From a virus (lineage: Duplodnaviria; Caudoviricetes): DNA of 64,000 bases. Both the position numbers and the translations under genes were made by a program. The notes under the pieces are model-generated. The model ran no database searches and was not told the origin of the DNA. It worked only from the letters and a program-made list of their open reading frames with translations. How positions within the stretch are numbered: position 1 is the first letter of the stretch; every line of letters starts with the position of its first letter. Location of the stretch: the IMG/VR virus record IMGVR_UViG_3300017912_002752, one strand, 5' to 3'. Shown here one piece after another: positions 56,563 through 64,000 of this stretch.

Positions 56563-58640
56563 TATCTAACTACCTTAAAGTAAAAGTTGTCATCGTAGTA
56601 TCTTGTATTACCACCTTGGTCAACTCTAAAAATAAATTTATAAAATCTTTCAGGTTGTAATCCGTTGAACCAAAAGTTAAAATAATTACCACTACTATCA
56701 CAACTTAACTTTGTGTAGTTAGTATCAAATGGAATGATAACTTGTTCAGTTTGTGAATCAACTACTGAATAGTATGAAGTGGTTGGTAAGTATTTAACAG
56801 TCTTCAATGGACTTGTTGAAAAAGTTCTTGCTGGATATCTTTCTCTACCAAAAACCCTAATCTTAGATTTAGAAGATTCTTTGTATTGTTGTTGTAAATT
56901 TTTAACATACAAAATAATATCATCGCCTGTTAGTGCGGATAACGAACCTGTTACGAAGGATGAGTCGTCCCATCTTACCTCTAATACAGGTGGATAAATT
57001 GTATGTGTATCTGATGAAAAGAATTTTATTGAACCAAATTTAGTAGTAGAGTTTTCATCTGCTTTAGATTTCTTGATTATAAATCCATTGTTTGCTCTTG
57101 TACCATTTATCATTTCATTTACATATTCAGTTATTGGTACATCTAAATTATTGGTTGCTTTGGTAAAACTCTGAGTATAATGTGTGCCTGCACTATATGA
57201 TGATGTGAACCATGTTCCACCACCTTCGTTTATTTTGTGATGCGCTTCCCATAATGTATCATGGAATGCGGAACCTGTTGTATCGTGATTTGCTGATTCT
57301 ATTTTAAAGTTATCAATTGAACCACTTGCGTTTAATCCACTACCACTTGCGTAGTAAGTCCATCTAAAGTTGTAATCGCCAGTTTCTCTTGCCGTGAACT
57401 TTACAGATGGTGACTGGCTTGATGTTATGTATCTTAAGTTATTGTCGTAGTCGTTTATATCTACTAGTCTACCTGTTGGTGTTTGGATTGTAAACTCAAC
57501 ACCCAATGCACTACCATCACCTCTTTGAGATGGGAAATTTCCTGGGTCGATTGTAAAACTTGCAGTATAAATTGCATCAACTTGTAAAGGATATGTTCTA
57601 TTAAGTGTTGCTCCACCAAAATCAGATGCAGTTATATTTAGTAAACCATTTGCTACAAACGCTGACCCTGTTACTCCTACCGAGTTTTCAAGTCCTTGAT
57701 TTAAAACATATGTACTTGGTAGATTGTTACCATCCACAACTGAAAATTGGTCGAATACCAATACAGTCTCATCCACAGTTCTAAAAAGTAGGAAGTTATC
57801 AATTGACCCCGCTGAACCATCTGCTCCATTGTCATCAAAGAAAGTATATTGTAGTTTATGAACTCCTGACATACTTGCTGTAAATGCCATTTTATAAGTT
57901 GCAGTAGATGTTAATGATTCTTGGAATCCGACAATATCATTATTTAGTAAAGAACCACTTGGATTGATTACATTGAAATCAACGCCTGATAATGAACCTC
58001 TGTTGAAATCAAATTGTAATTGGTATATAGAACCTGCCTCTAACGAAGATGATAGGTTTGCCGTACCACCACTAAACTGCGAAGAGGACATTTGCATTCT
58101 TCCGCCTGATACAAATAGTATTGGGTCACTTCCGTCTTGTCCTTTGATTTTGTCTACTAACTCAAACCCACCAAGACTTCCTGCGAAGTCTACTGATGCG
58201 AGTAGTGAATTAATTGTATCTGCGTCAAGAGGTTCACCTACTTTAGCTCCTGCAATATTCCAACTTGTACCTGTTGTTCTTTCTGTCCAAGTACACCCTT
58301 CTTCATGATGTGGTGTGTCTGCCTCTTGTCCTAATCCCTCTACCCAAGATTCTTTAATTGGATATACAAATAAATCATAATTATCTTGGATTGCACTTGA
58401 TTCTACATTTTCTAATCTTAATCTATATTGGGGTGATGTGATTGTACCATTAGATACTGATTGAGAAATATCGTTTAGGTTGAACTCAACTAACGCTCTA
58501 CTGTTACCTAATAGAGTTGTGTTATCAGTACCATATAATTTTCCAACCTCAAGAATTTGGTCTTTACCTGTATTCTGAGCTTTACGATTTGAATCTTCGT
58601 AAATTGTAGTATCTTTATTTGAATATATTCTATAAATCAT
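56562..58640 (-). CDS. Virion protein with DNRLRE/CBM-like domain and inserted beta-sandwich repeats
   Basis: KDTTIYE...NTG...SRALVEF N-half; NNGFIIK...FFSSD...PVLEVRW C-half; two GSIDNF-ending repeats between them. Confidence 0.55.
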   Translation of the reverse strand: MIYRIYSNKDTTIYEDSNRKAQNTGKDQILEVGKLYGTDNTTLLGNSRALVEFNLNDISQSVSNGTITSPQYRLRLENVESSAIQDNYDLFVYPIKESWVEGLGQEADTPHHEEGCTWTERTTGTSWNIAGAKVGEPLDADTINSLLASVDFAGSLGGFELVDKIKGQDGSDPILFVSGGRMQMSSSQFSGGTANLSSSLEAGSIYQLQFDFNRGSLSGVDFNVINPSGSLLNNDIVGFQESLTSTATYKMAFTASMSGVHKLQYTFFDDNGADGSAGSIDNFLLFRTVDETVLVFDQFSVVDGNNLPSTYVLNQGLENSVGVTGSAFVANGLLNITASDFGGATLNRTYPLQVDAIYTASFTIDPGNFPSQRGDGSALGVEFTIQTPTGRLVDINDYDNNLRYITSSQSPSVKFTARETGDYNFRWTYYASGSGLNASGSIDNFKIESANHDTTGSAFHDTLWEAHHKINEGGGTWFTSSYSAGTHYTQSFTKATNNLDVPITEYVNEMINGTRANNGFIIKKSKADENSTTKFGSIKFFSSDTHTIYPPVLEVRWDDSSFVTGSLSALTGDDIILYVKNLQQQYKESSKSKIRVFGRERYPARTFSTSPLKTVKYLPTTSYYSVVDSQTEQVIIPFDTNYTKLSCDSSGNYFNFWFNGLQPERFYKFIFRVDQGGNTRYYDDNFYFKVVR

Positions 58641-58650
58641 ATTTTAACCT

Positions 58651-60576
58651 TTAAAATAATGGTACTACTCTACCTCTAACATCTTGGTCTGGATATTTTA
58701 TTTCAAATATAGATGGGTCTTTTGGTGGATAAACTACACCATTTCGTGTTGCACCCTTAACATCATATCGTTTGTTTGAATATGTCCCACCATACTTGTT
58801 GGTAATTTGCAATCCACCCAATCCGTCTTTGTCTGGTCTTACAACACTTTGTACACCATCAACTTCATCCAACATTACATATAAGTCAGATAAGATTATT
58901 GGTTGATTAATACTTCGTTTGTCTACTTTAAAATAATCTCTTATTTTCTGAATACACTTTAGTAAAACATCATTTCCGTTATAGTTTGGTTTTACAACAA
59001 TTTCAAAATCAACACCAATGTTTACAATGTATCCATTTTTGATATTGATTGCATCAGTTAATATTCTATAATAAGATAAATAATTTCTTAGATTAAATTT
59101 AGTTGCATCGTTTAGTGCAGTTAATTTCTTTTCTTGGTCATATCCCAAACAATAAAAGTTTATACCTAATGGATTTGAAACTGGTCTGGCTTGAGTTGGA
59201 CCACCATCATCAAGTGGAGTTTGTATTTGAAAATCTGGAGCTACATATGCTTTTGCTATCGAACCAAATTGTGGTGGTAGTGCGTATGCTCTAACTAAGT
59301 AATCCTCTTTTGTTACACTTCTATTCTGTGCACTAAAATATGCTTTTGCATTTTCTCTTACTTCTTCTAACTCTTCTTCAAACTTACCACCTCTTGCTGG
59401 TTGGTCATTGACTACTGCAAGTGATTGTTTTATTTCGTTAAATAATGCACCATCTAATCCTGTCCCTGCAGTTTCTATTGTTACATCTGCAAGGCCCGTT
59501 AAGTCGCCTGATATTACATTGTCTGTTACTCCCTTACCAACTCTATAAGTTACAGTTAAAGTTTGGTTTGCAGGTGCAATACCATATGTTCTTGAATATA
59601 AAAAGTTAGATGGGTCTATTCCTTGATTTAAGTTTCCACTTGCGTTGTACAAAGCAGAACCAACATTATCTGGGTTAGGTAATAATTCTTCGTCTGCATT
59701 TGAAGATACTCCTGCTCCAAACTGAATTGAAATTTCCCCTTCGTCTGTAATTCGTGTTACATATCTTTTAGGAACTTTTTTTAATTTTAACAATGCTGGT
59801 GTATCTGCGTTAAATGCCGAATATCTTAATGAGTATTCAGATGTGTTTGGACTTTCTTCAAATACAGTATCTTGTCCAAGATAATCTACCTTTGTCCAAT
59901 CTTCCCCATCGTCATCTGATATTTTAATTACATCAATTAATCCGTCTTCATCTGATAACTTTATTTTGTCATATATCTTTGGTGCGCCAAAAGTAAATGT
60001 TTTTGTTTTTTCTTTTCCACTTGTCGCCTGTACATACTTCTTAAGTAAGTATTTTACTGGCAGGTTTGTACTGTCATCTATTTGATAAACAGAAACTTCA
60101 GTTGGGTCAAACGAAGATGAATAGTTAAATCTAACTTTTTGATTTGTACTGAATTCAATTTCACCATCTGACTCTGCAGTTATCTTTGCACCTTCTTTAA
60201 TTGTTAATGCGTATCTCCAATCAGGTCTTACATTTGCACCACTACCAATCGCAGGTACTAATTGGAACATAGTAATTTCTGCCGTAGCTGGAACATTTAA
60301 TTTTGGTTTATATCCATATGCCTGTGAAATAGCAAATATGTTTTTCTTTTCTTGAGCTTGTTCTAATATAGATTCTCTAAGTTGGACATCAGTATAATAA
60401 GAAAGAACATCACCTACATACGATGATAGTTCCATCATCATCATACCTGGAGATGATTCGTTGAAATCATTATAAGTTTGGGGAAAATAAGTTTTTGCAA
60501 AATCAACAAGATTACTTCTTATTGACCCAAAATCCCTTCCTATTAACTTAACATCCTTTTTAATTTTGTCTGCCAT
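58651..60576 (-). CDS. Baseplate wedge subunit (T4 gp6 / baseplate J-like)
   Basis: RDFGSIR..L, YNDFNESSPG, SYVGDVLSYY.D, GYKPK, QFGAG, AQNRSVTKEDY. Confidence 0.88.
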   Translation of the reverse strand: MADKIKKDVKLIGRDFGSIRSNLVDFAKTYFPQTYNDFNESSPGMMMMELSSYVGDVLSYYTDVQLRESILEQAQEKKNIFAISQAYGYKPKLNVPATAEITMFQLVPAIGSGANVRPDWRYALTIKEGAKITAESDGEIEFSTNQKVRFNYSSSFDPTEVSVYQIDDSTNLPVKYLLKKYVQATSGKEKTKTFTFGAPKIYDKIKLSDEDGLIDVIKISDDDGEDWTKVDYLGQDTVFEESPNTSEYSLRYSAFNADTPALLKLKKVPKRYVTRITDEGEISIQFGAGVSSNADEELLPNPDNVGSALYNASGNLNQGIDPSNFLYSRTYGIAPANQTLTVTYRVGKGVTDNVISGDLTGLADVTIETAGTGLDGALFNEIKQSLAVVNDQPARGGKFEEELEEVRENAKAYFSAQNRSVTKEDYLVRAYALPPQFGSIAKAYVAPDFQIQTPLDDGGPTQARPVSNPLGINFYCLGYDQEKKLTALNDATKFNLRNYLSYYRILTDAINIKNGYIVNIGVDFEIVVKPNYNGNDVLLKCIQKIRDYFKVDKRSINQPIILSDLYVMLDEVDGVQSVVRPDKDGLGGLQITNKYGGTYSNKRYDVKGATRNGVVYPPKDPSIFEIKYPDQDVRGRVVPLF

Positions 60577-60586
60577 ATCTTATTAC

Positions 60587-61018
60587 CTATGCTATTGATA
60601 GACCACCTTGGTTATCTACCTCTACTATAATTATCTGATTTGCTCCACTTTCTCCTACTGAAAATGAAAAAGTCATGTTTACTCTATTTTCGTCTTCAAG
60701 TGATTCAATTATTATTTCTTCCATCTTAATATAGGGTAACCAGAATTTTATATCTTTTTCTAATCCTGCTTTTAAACTATCTAAGAGTTCTCTTGTTATA
60801 TTTTCAAATAAGAATGAAGGTATATCTGTTCCAAATAATGGTTGAAAAGGTCGTTCACCTTTTCTTGTTAGTAACAAGTTTTTTAAATTAGATAACGCTT
60901 GTTCTTCTGTTGTAAATGTACTACTAAATATAGGAGTACCACCCAATGGTAATGGTATTCCTATTGCCACATTTTTTTTTAAATCTAATGGGTTTATTTT
61001 TTTAGTAGGTCTAGCCAT
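60587..61018 (-). CDS. Baseplate wedge protein, gp25-like
   Basis: NLKNLLLTRKGERPFQPLFGT.I...LFE, WLPYI. Confidence 0.9.
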   Translation of the reverse strand: MARPTKKINPLDLKKNVAIGIPLPLGGTPIFSSTFTTEEQALSNLKNLLLTRKGERPFQPLFGTDIPSFLFENITRELLDSLKAGLEKDIKFWLPYIKMEEIIIESLEDENRVNMTFSFSVGESGANQIIIVEVDNQGGLSIA

Positions 61019-61464
61019 TATACTCTACCCTTCTTCTTATCAATTGCTTTCATTAAACCTGAATAATCTTTTGTCAATGCTTGACCAACGCCTGAATTCA
61101 TAACTGCGTTTACATCTACTGCTTTTCCGTCAGAGTCAACCTGAGGTATCATTGATTGTGGTGTTGGTGCACTACTCAATCCCATCATTGATGCCATCGT
61201 AGCTCTGTCCATACCTTGTGCATTATTTGCAGTCAAAGTTCCACCACCCATAGTTGGCCAACTATCAACTGTTTCATTTAATAACTCGGAATATTTTCCT
61301 TCTTTAAATTTAACATTTGGTTTCTTAACCTTTTTAGTTGGTTGAGGTTTACTCATTTCTTGAATGATAGATTCACGAATAGCAAGTTTTTCTTTTGCTA
61401 CTTGTTTTCTAACCTCTTCTTTTATTAATGTTCGTATAGCTTTTACAAATTTATTCGTGTCCAT
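61018..61464 (-). CDS. Hypothetical protein
   Basis: 148 aa; IRTLIKEEVR, LLNET, ALTKDYS motifs. Confidence 0.6.
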   Translation of the reverse strand: MDTNKFVKAIRTLIKEEVRKQVAKEKLAIRESIIQEMSKPQPTKKVKKPNVKFKEGKYSELLNETVDSWPTMGGGTLTANNAQGMDRATMASMMGLSSAPTPQSMIPQVDSDGKAVDVNAVMNSGVGQALTKDYSGLMKAIDKKKGRV

Positions 61465-61488
61465 AGTAATAAATAGTTTTATATATAA

Positions 61489-62544
61489 TTATTGTTTCAT
61501 TAAATTTAACTCAGTTGTTATCTTTGCAATCTTACCTTTTATAGTACTTGTCTTTCCTACCAATACACCAGATTGTGCTCCTAAAAGAACATTCGGTCCA
61601 CCTGATGGTGGCGGTGGTGGAACTAAACCACCACCCGTTAAGGCGTTTGCGAATGCATTAACTGCGTTATTTAACGAATCGAGTTCATTTTTAATTTCGT
61701 CTATTTGTGTAAACATATTATCCATCGCAGCTTTCCACGCTGGTGTTGAAATATTTACATCCGATGTTCCTGCCAAGATGACTCTATCCTTTTTGGCGTT
61801 TAACAACACTCTATCTGAGTTTACTAAGAATTGTGGGTCACCATGAAGGTTTGCTGGTTTTACTCCTAATGAAAAAGGATGTGCTTGACTCAAACTAATT
61901 TTTTGTTTGGATGTCATGTATAAAGAAGTGTCGTCTTCATTAACATCTTCTATAACAAATTTATTCCAGCCACTTGTGTTTTGAGTATTTCTAAAAATTG
62001 ATATTGGTGAAGTGGAGTCTCCTGTCCAAGAAGGTGATTGTGTAGTCTGTGCATTTGATGGAGTATATCCTAATCGTATTGTTTGTCCAAACCTACCTTC
62101 AACAATAACATCACCACTAAATGGTTGTAACCCAGATACATCTTTAACTTCTTCAAAACCGAAATCAAATGAAAATGCTGATGTTGAACTTGCGTTTGCA
62201 TTTCCTGCTGCGGCTGATGCATAATCACCTGAGTCTGCACCGCCAGTTTTTATACTTGTATATCCTTTTGGTATTGCGTTGTGATTTACATTCTTCTGTA
62301 ACGATACTGGACTTGTATAATATAATTTTGGTTTACTTGCAGTTGCAGATGAATCTGCAGATACTCTTGGTACAAGATACACCATTTCACCCACAACAGG
62401 TGTTCGTTTTACATTTGTGTCTAAAGGAAATACTATTCGTTCTACTTGACTTTTTCCACTACCAATATTGGTTTTAACTTTAATGGAATATAGTAATTCA
62501 CTATCGGTATCAGTATACTTGACTTCGGTTACGATGCCAGTCAT
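61489..62544 (-). CDS. Baseplate hub/spike protein (gp5/gpV-like)
   Basis: OB-fold-like P.VGEMV, GDVIVEGRFGQTIRLG, NSDRVLLNAK; lies near gp25. Confidence 0.6.
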   Translation of the reverse strand: MTGIVTEVKYTDTDSELLYSIKVKTNIGSGKSQVERIVFPLDTNVKRTPVVGEMVYLVPRVSADSSATASKPKLYYTSPVSLQKNVNHNAIPKGYTSIKTGGADSGDYASAAAGNANASSTSAFSFDFGFEEVKDVSGLQPFSGDVIVEGRFGQTIRLGYTPSNAQTTQSPSWTGDSTSPISIFRNTQNTSGWNKFVIEDVNEDDTSLYMTSKQKISLSQAHPFSLGVKPANLHGDPQFLVNSDRVLLNAKKDRVILAGTSDVNISTPAWKAAMDNMFTQIDEIKNELDSLNNAVNAFANALTGGGLVPPPPPSGGPNVLLGAQSGVLVGKTSTIKGKIAKITTELNLMKQ

Positions 62545-62903
62545 TATTCATCTCCTGTATCTTCTTGTGGTAGGTCTTTTTCTACTTCTTCTATTGCGTC
62601 CATAAGTTGTCGTTTCTCTTCATCGGACAACATATAGTTTCCATCACCTGTATTGTTATCTTTCATCATCCTTTGAACAATTGCCGCTAACTTAACTAAT
62701 GCGTCATCATTCTTCACGGATATTTCAAGATACTCCTTTATTAAAGGAACAACTACTGAGGCATCATTTAGGTTCTTGACCATTGGTTCAAGTTGTGCTA
62801 TCAGTAGTTTTATTTGTCGGTCTTTCTTTTTCTGATTAGAATAAATGTCAGACATTATATCTGAAAAAGATTTACCTTTAAATATTTCATCGTCTTTGGT
62901 CAT
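62544..62903 (-). CDS. Hypothetical protein
   Basis: 119-aa helical ORF coupled to its neighbours. Confidence 0.6.
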   Translation of the reverse strand: MTKDDEIFKGKSFSDIMSDIYSNQKKKDRQIKLLIAQLEPMVKNLNDASVVVPLIKEYLEISVKNDDALVKLAAIVQRMMKDNNTGDGNYMLSDEEKRQLMDAIEEVEKDLPQEDTGDE

Positions 62904-63612
62904 TGAATTCCTCGATTCTGTGATTTACTTCTAAGTATCCGTTTTTTAAAAAGTCAATGTATAACTCTCTATAAATATTTTTTAATTTACCAATTACTTT
63001 AGTAATATATTGAGTTTGTACACCTGTCCTCTCTCTAATAAGTATGTAGAGTGCCTTTTTGTTGTAAGAATACAAATCATGTCTTGTTCTAAATAGTTCA
63101 TTGATAGAGTCAGCTATTTTCTGTTCTCTTTCTTTAGCAAATAACTTGTAGAGATTTGCATCAATATATCTAACATAAAAATCAAAAAAGTCTGCAACTG
63201 ATTCTCTTTGTTCTTTTTCATATACTTCGTTTCCTACATTTCTCGAAGTATCTATTGCACTTACTTTTTCTTTTTGTTTCATTCTTTGGTAGTTCTGATT
63301 ATTCTCATTAAACAGATAGTTTCTAGCTACAACTGTAAAGTATGAGAATGCTCTACCATTTGCTCCATTGAATTTGTTAATTTTTTGATTTAAGAATGCA
63401 ACTACATTTGCCTTGACATCGTCATACGGAACATCGAAGTAATAAGTCTTGTATGTGTGAATTACATTTTCAGCCAGCTTATCAAATGGGTAATGAATAA
63501 ATCTATTGTATATTTTATTCTTTAACTTATAATCATCTATACCATTATAAGCATTGATAGCTATCTCAGTAATTTTAGTGAAATATCTTTTATTCCTTCT
63601 CTTCCTCGGCAT
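62887..63612 (-). CDS. Late-transcription sigma factor-like protein (T4 gp55-like)
   Basis: KLAENVI...F...KF....GRAFSYFTVVARNY resembles the sigma region 2 of gp55 (AF.YFT). Confidence 0.65.
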   Translation of the reverse strand: MPRKRRNKRYFTKITEIAINAYNGIDDYKLKNKIYNRFIHYPFDKLAENVIHTYKTYYFDVPYDDVKANVVAFLNQKINKFNGANGRAFSYFTVVARNYLFNENNQNYQRMKQKEKVSAIDTSRNVGNEVYEKEQRESVADFFDFYVRYIDANLYKLFAKEREQKIADSINELFRTRHDLYSYNKKALYILIRERTGVQTQYITKVIGKLKNIYRELYIDFLKNGYLEVNHRIEEFNDQRR

Positions 63613-63871
63613 AATATTTTTCCAGTTTTTCTATAACTTCATATAATTGTTTAAATACAAACCCCGTCTCGTCATCCGATTCAAATGCACCTTTAGTATC
63701 TAAGTCTTTCATTTTCCCCATTGAGTCATCTACTAACTTTGCGAAATCTGAAATTAGTTTTTCTTGTTCTTCTACAACATCTTCAGTAGCTTCATTCTTT
63801 CTTAGGAGATTCCAAGTAGTGAATCCAAAAACTAAAGTCGTTATAGAAAGTATAATAATTGTTGTAATCAT
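63590..63871 (-). CDS. Small membrane-anchored coiled-coil protein
   Basis: N-terminal TM helix; FESDDETGFVF. Confidence 0.6.
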   Translation of the reverse strand: MITTIIILSITTLVFGFTTWNLLRKNEATEDVVEEQEKLISDFAKLVDDSMGKMKDLDTKGAFESDDETGFVFKQLYEVIEKLEKYYAEEEKE

Positions 63872-63872
63872 A

Positions 63873-64000
63873 TTAGTCTTCTACTATATCTTTAAATGCG
63901 TCAAATACTTTTTTAGTATCTTCAGTTGTAGTTTTAGAAGTGCTAAATGTATCTGATAGTTTTCCCTTTGAAGATGGTCTTCCGTTAGGATTACGAGTCG
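63873..64000 (-). CDS. C-terminal fragment of a gene entering from the right edge
   Basis: Open frame ...TRNPNGRPSSKGKLSDTFSTSKTTTEDTKKVFDAFKDIVED-TAA. Confidence 0.55.
   Translation of the reverse strand, partial: TRNPNGRPSSKGKLSDTFSTSKTTTEDTKKVFDAFKDIVED

Noticed and set aside
1-64000. Stop-codon reassignment (alternative genetic code)
   Set aside because: Standard code gives dense, full-length genes; TAG and TGA occur at sensible gene ends
1-64000. Other + strand ORFs and nested short minus-strand ORFs in the track
   Set aside because: They overlap confident minus-strand genes and lack recognisable motifs
1-64000. tRNA/rRNA genes, integrase, transposase, reverse transcriptase/DGR, tail sheath
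   Set aside because: None recognised by eye; intergenic gaps are short. tRNAscan-SE and HMM searches would be needed to exclude them formally

Overview
This 64 kb, AT-rich window comes from a large T4-like (myovirus-type) tailed phage genome. Essentially all genes are on the minus strand, and the + strand ORFs are shadows. In transcription order (right to left) it holds: a gp55-like late sigma factor; a baseplate/tail block (gp5-like, gp25-like, gp6/J-like, DNRLRE- and LamG-domain proteins); a DNA-processing trio (T7 endo I-like resolvase, primase, fused Mre11/Rad50-like nuclease-ATPase); a 3533-aa tail-fibre-like protein with tail chaperones; a block of probable capsid-internal proteins; the head module (terminase, portal, prohead protease, scaffold, major capsid) with ribosomal protein bS21, a PhyH-like dioxygenase, a methyltransferase and PhoH; then fibre/adhesin-like genes ending in a truncated collagen-like protein. 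A Bacteroidota host is an inference from the bS21-in-head-module architecture. The main observations are: (1) a 1140-aa HxGH-nucleotidyltransferase / CCA-adding enzyme / RNA-ligase-like fusion whose domains are bounded by apparent prohead-protease sites, a candidate virion-delivered tRNA-repair kit; (2) modular internal-protein polyproteins punctuated by ES[VI]NE motifs, three encoded by an exact 17-nt repeat; (3) two Hint (intein-like) domains in fibre proteins, both ending His-Asn/Thr, one apparently cleavage-only and missed by the ORF track; (4) a recurrent upstream motif that is the reverse complement of the T4 late promoter, plus structured 5' leaders. All assignments come from motif recognition by eye; no database searches were run.
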